Position numbers and translations under genes: made by a program
The notes under the pieces: model-generated
What the model was told of the DNA's origin: nothing
The model's database searches: none
The model's input: the letters and a program-made list of their open reading frames with translations, nothing else
In this document: positions 47,631-56,573 of the stretch, piece after piece
Position numbering within the stretch: position 1 is the stretch's first letter
How the letters are laid out: each line of letters opens with the position of its first letter
Source: Acidobacteriota bacterium
GTDB lineage: Bacteria > Acidobacteriota > UBA6911 > RPQK01 > JAJDTT01
Assembly: GCA_965209055.1 (NCBI GenBank)
Contig: OZ242374.1
Span: forward strand, 3,328,001 to 3,392,000
Length of the DNA stretch: 64,000 nucleotides
Direction: 5' to 3'

Positions 47631-48049
47631 TCGAGGAGGAGTGGCCGGGTCTCAACTACGGGCTGACGCGGGGCATCCTCATTGTCGAGCCATCCGCACC
47701 TTCGGTTCTCTCACTCACCCAGTAGGCGGCGCGGTACTTTCCACATCCCCCAGGGACTTTTCGTACCAATGCCTAGAGTTTTCTTCTCTTCACTTAGTGC
47801 GGCCTGGACTGTAACGGGGAGTTCCAACAGACTGACCGGGAGCATGAAGCGAAAGAACGAGTCACAGCTAGTGAGTGACAGTCGAGGACTTCTACCGGAG
47901 TTGCCTCCAAGCGCGGTTCGCGGGTTGGTAAGGGGACGGATCGCTGGTGGGAAAAAGCGTGCGCCTCTCTGAGATCATCTTACGGACGGAAAGGAAAAAG
48001 GGAACTATACAAGCCTGTTCGAGAACCAGATTGGACACAGGGGGAGAGA

Positions 48050-48958
48050 ATGACCACTGAGCTTAGACACCTAGAACCTGTCGATCTCCGAGAAGTTTGG
48101 CCTGACGAAAAGGTAGATTTCACTCCTTGGATCGCCGCCAACCTCGAAGTGCTGAGGAGTCCACTGGGAATGGAACTGATAGACCCGGTGCTGGAGCGGC
48201 CAGTCGGTCACTATCAGGCGGACATTGTTTGCAGGGAAGTCAAAACTAACGCCACGGTGGTGATTGAGAATCAACTGGAGCCGACTGATCATGATCATCT
48301 CGGCAAGCTCATCACCTACTCAGCGGGGTTGAAAGCTGACATCAGCATCTGGATTGCCAAGAAATTCAAACACGAACATCATGATGCGCTCCACTGGCTG
48401 AACAAGACCAACGGCGACAAGGATCAATTCTATGGCATCGAGGTCCACGTGCGGTCGAACGAAGATTCGTACGAACCGAAGTTTGTCAAAGTCGACCTCT
48501 CGAAACCCGCACGACGCCCACAGTCATCGCAAAAAAAACGTTACGAAGAATACGGGAGTGCTCTTAACACGTTTCTCAAGTCCAAATTCCCGGACGGACC
48601 GTGGAAGGGTATGACGGGGGGCAATATGGAATACACTGCAGGATACCCTGGGAAGAAATCTGGGGGGCCGTTTGGATTGACCGTAATGCCAAACAAGCCG
48701 GAGCACCGTGTGCGGGTAAAGGTATGGGGTCCAAAAGAGCATTTGCGCCGTCTCAAAAGGCGAGAGGAACTCAACAGGTTAGACGGCTTGAAGTGGGGAC
48801 CCCCAAAGAAGTCCGAGGGGAATTTCCACTGCACCCTTCCCGCTGATCCGAAAGAGAAGTCGGATTGGTGCCGGCAACACAAGTGGATCGCGGACTGTCT
48901 GAATAAAATGCATGAGGTATTCCTCCCACTCGTAAAAGAACTGATCCGTGGCGATTAG
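48050..48958 (+). CDS. DUF4268-type protein with N-terminal NucS-like PD-(D/E)xK nuclease domain
   Basis: VDLREVWPDE..DFTPW, ADIV..VVIENQL..TDHDHLGKLITY motifs. Confidence 0.8.
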   Translation: MTTELRHLEPVDLREVWPDEKVDFTPWIAANLEVLRSPLGMELIDPVLERPVGHYQADIVCREVKTNATVVIENQLEPTDHDHLGKLITYSAGLKADISIWIAKKFKHEHHDALHWLNKTNGDKDQFYGIEVHVRSNEDSYEPKFVKVDLSKPARRPQSSQKKRYEEYGSALNTFLKSKFPDGPWKGMTGGNMEYTAGYPGKKSGGPFGLTVMPNKPEHRVRVKVWGPKEHLRRLKRREELNRLDGLKWGPPKKSEGNFHCTLPADPKEKSDWCRQHKWIADCLNKMHEVFLPLVKELIRGD

Positions 48959-49013
48959 AGGAGGCGAAGATCCCGAGAATGGCTCACAGTCGCAACGGGC
49001 TTCCAGGGAAGTA

Positions 49014-49289
49014 CTATTTTCCAGTAATCACCCAGTCCAGGAACTTGTTGAGCAGGACCGCGAGGCTGGCGATCGTGATGCCAGCCTTCCACATCTTGGA
49101 CTCAAGAGCGGTGGTGGAAACCTGTAGGTCCGCTTTGACCTCGACAATCTCGGCCTTTACAGCGGCCACATCCTCCTTGGTGGCCAACTGGTCGCTGATC
49201 GGAATAGCACTAGCTGCGGCCCGAGCCTTTGACTCTGGCGCACCGGCAGCTACCAGCGCGTCATAGACTTCACTCACCATGACTCCCAT
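49014..49289 (-). CDS. Small coiled-coil membrane-anchored protein (DUF1640-like)
   Basis: EVYDALVAAGAPESKARAAA..LATKED, coiled coil, C-terminal TM, GGAGG RBS. Confidence 0.7.
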   Translation of the reverse strand: MGVMVSEVYDALVAAGAPESKARAAASAIPISDQLATKEDVAAVKAEIVEVKADLQVSTTALESKMWKAGITIASLAVLLNKFLDWVITGK

Positions 49290-49333
49290 GAGCTTTCCTC
49301 CAACTCAGCCCAGTTTACCTTCTCGCCGATAGA

Positions 49334-49731
49334 TCATGCAGCATCGGAAGGCCGTCCAGAGGTGCAGACCAGGACGAAATCTTCCCGGCGCTCAACGACT
49401 TCCAACACGGTGGCGGACCAAGTGCCCCGCCGGCGCGTCGGGGTTTCGATGTGGCACCCAGCCAAGTTCTTGGGGTGCTTGCCCGGGTTGCCCCGGTAGG
49501 ATGAACTCCAAAAGCCATACCCTTCATTTGTTCGGCCTGGACCGCGCGAAGCGGCGAGCGGACCCAGGCGCCGACGTTCACATTGCGTTCCGACTTCAGA
49601 CATTCCGGGGCTCTATCCAGATCGTCGTCAAGGCGGTATTCATCCTTCAAGCGTACCACAGTGGCACCTGTAGCCTGTGGTGGTACATAGATGATTTTGT
49701 CGTGGGGGAATTGGACGTCTTCGATGGCCAC
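49334..49731 (-). pseudogene. Hypothetical protein, probably frameshifted
   Basis: Protein-like N-terminus in one frame (MAIEDVQFP...GAWVRS) and protein-like C-terminus in another (GTWSATVLEVVER...). Confidence 0.4.
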
Positions 49732-49757
49732 AACCGGGCTTCAGGAATCTCCTCAGG

Positions 49758-50025
49758 GGCCTTCCCGCAGGGATCATTAGGACGGGAGCGACCCCCCCAG
49801 GGGGTGTTGCGCAGATGTAAATTGCGCCACACCCCCGTGCCCGCGCCGGGCAGCAAAACGGGGGGGTCGCTCCCGTCCACCTCCGCTTTCCCCGTGCGGG
49901 CGCGGCGAAGCCGGGAATGTGGCCGGAACTGCATGAGCGACAAAGAGATCGGGGAAATCGGAGGTGTAAGTCAAAAGGCTTCCGGGATGTAACTCGCGTC
50001 CTTTGTCTCCCTTACACCTCCCGAT
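49758..50025 (-). repeat. Structured repeat copy 2 (inverted relative to copy 1)
   Basis: 49781-49899 matches the reverse complement of 46862-46980 with about 11 mismatches. Weaker similarity continues to ~50025. Confidence 0.88.
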
Positions 50026-50056
50026 CGACACCGGGAAGCCCTTTCGCCTCCCCATG

Positions 50057-50410
50057 AACCTCGTCGATCCGCAGGTGACGCAGCTGTCGCAGGCGCTGCA
50101 GGCGCTGGGCCTTTCCCGGCGGCTGTTCCCGTGCCGCCACTATGCCGGCCATGCCCAGGGACGGAGCCGGTACTTCCCCCGCAAGCTCCCCCTGGCCCTG
50201 GAGGAGGACCGGGCGACCTTCGTCTATGTTGGTCCCGGCCGGGACACCGACTCGGAACTGCTCTCGTTGGGGGTGCGGAGCACGCCCGGCTCTGGACCGC
50301 GCTACGCGCACAAGACCATCCGGTTCACGTGGTCGCGGTGGCCCGCGACGACCTCCGCCGGGAGCGGGCCGGGAAGGTCCTGCGGCGCTGGGCCAGCCCG
50401 AGTCCCAAGG
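50057..50410 (+). pseudogene. 5'-truncated, frameshifted orfX relic, copy B
   Basis: LQALGLSRRLFPCRHYAG..GRSRYFPRKLPLALEEDRATFVYVGPG, then a frameshift to AEHARLWTALRAQ..VHVVAVAR. Confidence 0.6.
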
Positions 50411-50445
50411 CCGTGTTCCACCTCCGGGGGCCTGCCCGGCGAAGT

Positions 50446-50724
50446 CCCGGGATGTGAAACACACATGGGGGGGTGTGTTCCACTCTCGGAGCGGCGAGTG
50501 TTACACGCTCCCTTTCCGCCATCCTGTTGAGCCCCTTCGGTTTGTCCCCGCCCTCCGGGAGGAGGCGCGCCCGGACGGGGAGTCCGGGTAGGAGAAGTGA
50601 GCGACCCCCCTGTTTTCGTGCCTCGCACGTCACGCAGGCGCTGCCGGTGTTCCACTCCGTTGCACACCGGCGCGGCATGCGCGGGGGGGTCGCTCACTTC
50701 TTCATCGATCCCTGCGGGAAGGCC
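50446..50724 (+). repeat. Structured repeat copy 3 (divergent, structure conserved)
   Basis: Starts CCGGGATGTGAA like copy 1. Perfect 18-bp IR (50593-50610 / 50684-50701), inner hairpin 50643-50671, ends GATCCCTGCGGGAAGGCC like copy 2. Confidence 0.8.
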
Positions 50725-50829
50725 TCTGCGAAGATCGGGATAGGGAGAATTCCAGCCTGTCGTGAGAAAATGCGCCGCATGGGAGAGGACAACGGAAACT
50801 TGCAATGGGAGGCAAAGCAAGCGGCCAGG

Positions 50830-50925
50830 CGCTTGTCGATGGTCACCTCGACGGCGCGACCGGTTGCCAACGGTTCCAACCCGATCGCCCGCTTCAGCGC
50901 GGGCGTCACCCCGCCGTAGGAACCG
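50830..50925 (-). pseudogene. orfX C-terminal relic, copy C
   Basis: SYGGVTPALKRAIGLEP..GRAVEVTID, versus SYGGVTAALKRAVELQP..GRSFQVVID in copy A. Confidence 0.6.
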
Positions 50926-51209
50926 AGCCGCGTGTGCTGGATCGCTGACGGAAACGCGAGGAACCTCCACTGGGTGGTGCAGAGTTCGCAGACCACAAAA
51001 CGGACTGCGCCCGTTGGTAGGAATCCCCGCTCCGGCAACGCCTCGCGGTGGATCCTGGACGATGTCCAATGGCCTATCCCCAACCCTTGGTCCGGCCTCG
51101 CCAAGCCAACACAGGCCATATGTTGCGGTCCGGATTATGTGGCGGACAGTCCGTATCATCCTGCTGCACGTGAGAACACACCGTATCTCAGCAACATAAT
51201 CTCCTTCAC

Positions 51210-52205
51210 TCAGAGCGCGGCCAGGAAGGCGATCAGTCCCGTGTTTGTCCTCCACGGGCGATCCGAACCGGGCTCGGCGGCATCGCAGAGCGCCATGGCC
51301 CTGGCCTTCATCTCCAGGTCGATCTCGGCGTAGATGTTGGTCGTATCGAGGCTGGCATGACCGAGCCAAGCGCGGATCGTGTTCAGATCGATGCCGGCCT
51401 GGAGCAGGTGGCAGGCGCTGGTGTGACGGATGGTGTGCGGCGTGACCCTCCTTCCGGCGAGCAACGGGACGCGGGCTGCAGAGCGCTCGACGAGCCGATA
51501 GACCCCGAACCGGGTATAGGACCTGCGCTGCCGGCTGAGGAAGACGGCATCCCCGGCTGCCCGTCCCTGCAAGAGTTCCGTGAGCGCGGCTTCGGTCCGG
51601 GGCCACAGCGGACACTGTCGGTGTTTTCCGCCCTTGCCGTGGATGTTGACGAGCGCTTGCCCGCCGCCGCGTCGTCCGATTTGCAGATCGCCCGCCACGA
51701 GCTGAGTCGTTTCGGAGACGCGTGCCCCGGTGTTGTAGAGGAACAGGAGCAGGGCGTGTTCGACCCGGCCTCTCGGCGTTCGCCGGTCCGGGACCTCGAG
51801 CAGTTCCTTCATCTCGGTCTTGCTGAGCCAGCCGATCGGCTTCGGCGCGGCCTTCTTCGAGGCAATCGCACGGATACTGCCGCTCCACTCGATACGTCCG
51901 GGATCGCGGCTGGCGATGAAGCGTGCGAAGGCCCGGATCGCCGATAGCCGCTGGTTGCGGGTCTGCACGGAGCAACCGCGGTCCTGCTCGAGATAGTCGA
52001 GGAACTGGCGCACGTGCCGGGCCGTGAGGTCCTGCACCGCGATCCGTTCGACTGGCTTGCGGGCCTTGGCGCCGACGAACGGCAGCAGGAGTGCGAAGGT
52101 ATCGCGGTAGCTCTTCTGAGTGTTGCGGGCGAGGTTGCGCTCGGTGACGATGTAATCGGCCAGGAAGCGGCGCAGCCAGGGGCCGAGCGTGCGGGGATTA
52201 CTCAT
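51210..52205 (-). CDS. Tyrosine recombinase RitC
   Basis: TGARVSE, GKGGK, HTIRH and LGHASLDTTNIY motifs. Confidence 0.93.
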   Translation of the reverse strand: MSNPRTLGPWLRRFLADYIVTERNLARNTQKSYRDTFALLLPFVGAKARKPVERIAVQDLTARHVRQFLDYLEQDRGCSVQTRNQRLSAIRAFARFIASRDPGRIEWSGSIRAIASKKAAPKPIGWLSKTEMKELLEVPDRRTPRGRVEHALLLFLYNTGARVSETTQLVAGDLQIGRRGGGQALVNIHGKGGKHRQCPLWPRTEAALTELLQGRAAGDAVFLSRQRRSYTRFGVYRLVERSAARVPLLAGRRVTPHTIRHTSACHLLQAGIDLNTIRAWLGHASLDTTNIYAEIDLEMKARAMALCDAAEPGSDRPWRTNTGLIAFLAAL

Positions 52206-53151
52206 GGTTTCCTCCTCCGTTGACGTAGGCGTCGAAACGGACCGAAGCCTGATGCAGGAGTTCGGGCGTCATCGACAGATAGATCCGGGTGCCGTTGAGA
52301 TCCGTGTGGCCGAGCCAGGTGGATAGCGTCGGCAGCAGTCGCTGGACATCGGCGCCCTGCCGGTACCAGGACTCCAGCCGGTGTACGGCTGCGGCATGGC
52401 GCAGGGAATGAAAGCACGGACCTCGCCGTCCGTCGTTGCGACCTTCGATTCCGGCCTCCTTGAGCAGCTTGGTGAACGCGTGCGCGGCGGTGCTCTGGGC
52501 CAAGGGCGTCCCGTCGCGGTTGGCGAGGAAGGTCGAGGCCGTGCCCTTGGGGAAGGGGCGTTGTGCGCGCCGGGCGGCATAGGTCTTCAGCGCGTCGGCA
52601 AGTTGCCGGCAGACGGGAACGAGGCGGGTCTTGTAGAACTTGGTGTGACGTATGGTCAGCAGCGCATCGGGCAGGTCCACATCGTCGAGGGTCAGGCGCT
52701 GGGCCTCGCCGAATCGCAGCCCCGCACCGTAGAGAAGCTGGAGCAGTGTCCGCAGGGTATCGGCGTCGATCTGGATCGAACGTTGCCGACTGACATCGAT
52801 GGCGTCGAACAGGCGTTGCAACTCGTTGCGGGAGTACACGTAAGGTGGTGAGGACCGCGGTCGAGTCGGCTCTTCATCGCGCGCCGGAAGCGGCGACCGG
52901 GTCACGTAGCTGCGGCTGATCGCGTAGCGGTAGAAGCCGGCCAGGACGCTGTACTTGTTGGCCCGGTACCGGGTTATCGGACCTTGACCGGCAAGGAAGT
53001 CGAGAACGTGGGCTGGGGAGACGGCATCACAGCCGGCGCTCCCGCCGACCTGTTTCAGGAACCGGTGCAACAAGTATGCGCCGGTGTCGAACTTGGCGCC
53101 ATGGGCCTGACGCCAGGCGATATAGTCGTTGACCGCATCCCGGAGCATCAT
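52198..53151 (-). CDS. Tyrosine recombinase RitB
   Basis: GLRFGE, TKFYKTRLVP, HSLRH and LSTWLGH..TRIYL motifs. Confidence 0.93.
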   Translation of the reverse strand: MMLRDAVNDYIAWRQAHGAKFDTGAYLLHRFLKQVGGSAGCDAVSPAHVLDFLAGQGPITRYRANKYSVLAGFYRYAISRSYVTRSPLPARDEEPTRPRSSPPYVYSRNELQRLFDAIDVSRQRSIQIDADTLRTLLQLLYGAGLRFGEAQRLTLDDVDLPDALLTIRHTKFYKTRLVPVCRQLADALKTYAARRAQRPFPKGTASTFLANRDGTPLAQSTAAHAFTKLLKEAGIEGRNDGRRGPCFHSLRHAAAVHRLESWYRQGADVQRLLPTLSTWLGHTDLNGTRIYLSMTPELLHQASVRFDAYVNGGGNHE

Positions 53152-54380
53152 GTCAGGCCCTCAAGATCGATGTCGGCGACCTCACGGAGGGTGCTGAGGT
53201 TCACCTTGGCGTACACGGCGGTGGACGAGGTGCTGCGATGGCCGAGGTAATCGCCGACCTCCTTGATCGACAGGCCGTGGTCGAGCAGGTGCTGGGCGGC
53301 AGCATGACGAAGCGCATGGGCACCGCGACGTTTGCCGGTGATACCGAGCTGATCGAGGCGTGTCCTGACGACGTTCGAAACTGTCTGCCGGGTCACCGGA
53401 CGGATCGGAGCGATCAGAGTGAGGAACAGTGCCCTCTCCGGGCGCAAGGCACGAACCTCGGTGAGGTAACGCACGATCGACTGCCCGACGCCGCGGGAAA
53501 GCGGATAATGATGGGGGCATCCCGACTTGGGGCGGCGTACCCGTAGCGTCTCCTCTTCCCAGTCCAGATCATCGAGGAGCAGGCCGGCGACCTCGCGGGC
53601 ACGCAACCCGTACGCGATCAGCACCATCAGGATGGCACGGTCGCGAAGGTCGGCCGGCCGGTTGCCCTCGGAGGTTGCGAGCAGGCGGAGCACCTCGCCC
53701 CGGTTGAGTCCCTTCGGGAGTGTCTCGCCGGGATGGAACCGCACCGGCATGATCCCGTCAGCCAGCCCCAGTGTACACCAGCCCTGGCGTTCGGCGAACC
53801 GGGAAAAAGTGCGCAGACGCTGCCCGTAAACGCGGACCGTGCTCCGACTGCAGCCACGGGCGTGCCAGCGCATGACCGCCCGGTCGATGTCGGCGACAAC
53901 GACCGCATCCAAGGCAATGCCCCACTCGCCGAGCTAGTCGAAGAAGCAGTCCATCGTATGGCAGCAAGTACGGATCGTCACCTCGGACCATCCGCGCTCT
54001 TTGCGCATCCACTCCTTGAAGATCGTGGCCTCGGCGACGTGGGCGTGCCGTTGCCGCACCCTACAGGGCTCATCGAGCAGACCCGCGAAGCGTAGCCATC
54101 GCACTGCGCGGCTGACGAAGATCCGGCGCACCCCCGGTCGCGCCGAACGACACGGTCGACGGTCGGTCGCCGCCTCGATCCGGGGCAGGCTGACGCGCTC
54201 GCCTGCCCGCAAGTCCAGAAGACGAATCAGGGTGATCTGAGCCGCTGCGATCGTGCGTAATGTGAGCGGTCGCGCGCCCTCCTGCGCGCAATGCCTCAGG
54301 TAGCTCAACCGTTCTTCCAACAACGGTTCGCAGCGATAACGGCCTATCGTGCCGCGGTCGATGAACAGGGCCTCGAACAT
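53148..54380 (-). pseudogene. Tyrosine recombinase RitA interrupted by one in-frame TAG
   Basis: ORFs 53934-54380 and 53148-53912 share a frame: FFD*LGEWGIALD. GLRARE, HALRH and LGH..TAVY are intact. Confidence 0.88.
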
Positions 54381-54522
54381 GATCGTGCCTCCTTGTGGGG
54401 TGAAGACATGATTATGGTCGAACGACTTCCCGTCAGATAATTATGTTGCTGAGATACGGCGTGTTCTCATGTGCAGCAGGACGATGCAGACTGTCCGCCA
54501 CATAATCCGGACCGCAACATAT

Positions 54523-54554
54523 GGCCTGTTATGTGGCACTCAACATAACAGGCC
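54523..54554. other. Perfect 12-8-12 palindrome at the RIT end (candidate recombination site)
   Basis: GGCCTGTTATGT-GGCACTCA-ACATAACAGGCC. Confidence 0.7.
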
Positions 54555-54674
54555 AAATGGCGGGCTTGTTTTTTCGGTAGTTCTCGATGATTGCGCCTGA
54601 GTGGGTTTCAGGCGGCATATCGGCGGACCATGGCTCCGCGCAGGACTTCAAGCTGGCGCTCTACGCAAGGCGGA

Positions 54675-55898
54675 TCAACGGAGCCGGACGGACGCCCGAG
54701 GCCGACTCTCGTCGGCCAGATAGCCCGCCCAGTTGTCCATGAGACGCCTCCGCCGCTCGAACAGGTCCGTCCTCCGGTAGGCCGCCTCGACCGGATTGCG
54801 CACCTTGTGCGCCAAAGCCGCCTCCGCCACCTCGCGCGGATGTTCCGTCTCCTCCGCCACCCAGTCCCGGAAACTCGACCGGAACCCGTGCGGCACCGCC
54901 GCGATCTTCAACCCCCGCAGCAGGTCCGACATGGCCGTATACCCGATGGGCTTTCCACCCACCCCCGGAAAAACGAGTGGGCTGCCGCCAGCGAGCGCCC
55001 GCGCCTCCTCCAGGATCTCCAACGCTCGCCGGGCCAACGGAACGCGGTGCTCCCGATTCACCTTCGTCCGTGGGGCCGGGATGGCCCATACTCCTTCCTC
55101 CCGGTCGATCTCCTTCCACGCGGCCCCACGGACCTCGCCGGAGCGTGTCGCCGTCAGGACCAGGAACTCGAACATCAGCTTCAACATCGGCCGCTTGTTC
55201 GATGCCCGCACCGTCTGGAGTGCGGACGCCACTTCACCGTGAGGCAACGCCCGCATGTGACGCACGGCGGTCCCCTGCGAGCCGAGTACCGGACCGATCC
55301 GGTCGCAGGGGTTGTCGGGCCGAAGATCCATCGCCACGGCCCACTCCAGAACCGCGCGGATGCGCTGGCGCAGCTTCCGGGCCGTGGCGGCCTTCTCGTG
55401 CCAGATCGGAGCCAGGATTCCGATCACGTCCGCGCTCGTCACCTGCGCAATCGGTATCTTCCCGATATGAGGCAAGACGTAGCGCTCCAGGCTCCACAGC
55501 CAGAGCCGCGCATGCCGGGGGGAGCGCCAGCCCGGCCGCAGCTGCTTCCAGACCGCCCCAGCGGCGTCCGCGAAGCTGGGCATCGACTCGGCCCGCCGGT
55601 TCGCGGCCCGGGGGTCGCCCCCGTCGCGGGCCAGCTTCCGGTTGGCGAATGCTTTCTCGCGCGCTTCCTTGAGCGAGACGAGGGGGAATCCACCGAGCCC
55701 GAGCTCGGTTCGCCGGCCCCGGATGGTGAGGCGCTGGATCCAGCCCCGGCTCCCTGTAGGCCGGACGTAGAGGTAGAGGCCGTGGCCGTCGCAGTATCGT
55801 CCGGACTGGCTCACGTTGCGGACAAAGGCCGGGGTCAGGGCATTGAGGGGATGCGGCCCGCGCGGCTTGCGTTTGGGAGGTTGTTTCGGGAATCTCAT
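54675..55898 (-). CDS. P4-like tyrosine integrase with arm-binding domain
   Basis: DGHGLYLYV...LGLGGFPLVSLKEAR N-domain, TATRSGE, HGFRSSFRDW, LAH and AAYRR motifs. Confidence 0.95.
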   Translation of the reverse strand: MRFPKQPPKRKPRGPHPLNALTPAFVRNVSQSGRYCDGHGLYLYVRPTGSRGWIQRLTIRGRRTELGLGGFPLVSLKEAREKAFANRKLARDGGDPRAANRRAESMPSFADAAGAVWKQLRPGWRSPRHARLWLWSLERYVLPHIGKIPIAQVTSADVIGILAPIWHEKAATARKLRQRIRAVLEWAVAMDLRPDNPCDRIGPVLGSQGTAVRHMRALPHGEVASALQTVRASNKRPMLKLMFEFLVLTATRSGEVRGAAWKEIDREEGVWAIPAPRTKVNREHRVPLARRALEILEEARALAGGSPLVFPGVGGKPIGYTAMSDLLRGLKIAAVPHGFRSSFRDWVAEETEHPREVAEAALAHKVRNPVEAAYRRTDLFERRRRLMDNWAGYLADESRPRASVRLR

Positions 55899-56357
55899 AC
55901 CTACCACTATATATACCACAATATGGTGGATGCAAGGGGATGAAGCGGGTCGGTATGGGACAAGGTCGGATGTCCGATCTAGTTGTAAACCAATCATAAA
56001 CAAACACTTATGGACAATACTGGACTTACCTGGACGATGCACCTGATTAAATCTAGGCTTCCTAGCGGGAAGGCTCCAATAGGGCTACTCTGGCAATCTG
56101 TGTAGTCAATCCTCTATGAGCCAGCGCAGGCCATCGGTCTTGCCGATCTGGGGTGGAAAGTGGATCTGGTTGAACGCTCGATCCGGAATGGGAACCAGGA
56201 CCTCGTCGAAGCGCTGGAGCAGAACGCCGATAGACAAGTGAGACTATTTGACCTTGCCGTTCGGTAACGAATTGCAAAAGGTCCAAGTGATACTCCACCT
56301 TGCTCCGGTCGGCCAAATTGGCCAAGATTGACGTTTGCCATCAACTGTAGGAGTGGC

Positions 56358-56542
56358 ATGCGGAAGCCGAGCGCGAAAGACGCGAAGTACGGCTTCGGCC
56401 GACGCATCGGCCTCGCCCGCGCCGCGCCCGTCACGGTGACCAAGCACGGGCGGTTATCGTGGCGCTCTTGGTCGAGGAATACGAGCGCCTGAAGGCGCTT
56501 GACACACCTGAGGCACGCTCGGGAACGGAGGAACGGGAATGA
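56358..56542 (+). pseudogene. Frameshifted Phd/YefM antitoxin upstream of hsdR
   Basis: AGGAG RBS. MRKPSAKDAKYGFGRRIGLARAAPVTVTKHGR, then a shifted frame [17 protein letters not shown]. Confidence 0.75.
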
Positions 56543-56573
56543 CGTGGAACAGAACGGGAGGCCGCTGAGCCGG

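Larger units (their letters stand above)
51111..54529 (-). mobile_element. RIT element (recombinases in trio)
   Basis: Three overlapping tyrosine recombinase genes bounded by 90-bp inverted repeats (51111-51200 and 54440-54529, 5 mismatches). Confidence 0.92.
46988..56068. mobile_element. Integrative element with P4-like tyrosine integrase, ~9 kb
   Basis: TCCTAGCGG direct repeat at 46988-46996 and 56060-56068, integrase near the right end, TACCAC-like repeats with ~12-bp period inside both ends. Joining the flanks restores the motif seen after the other two repeat copies. Confidence 0.72.
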
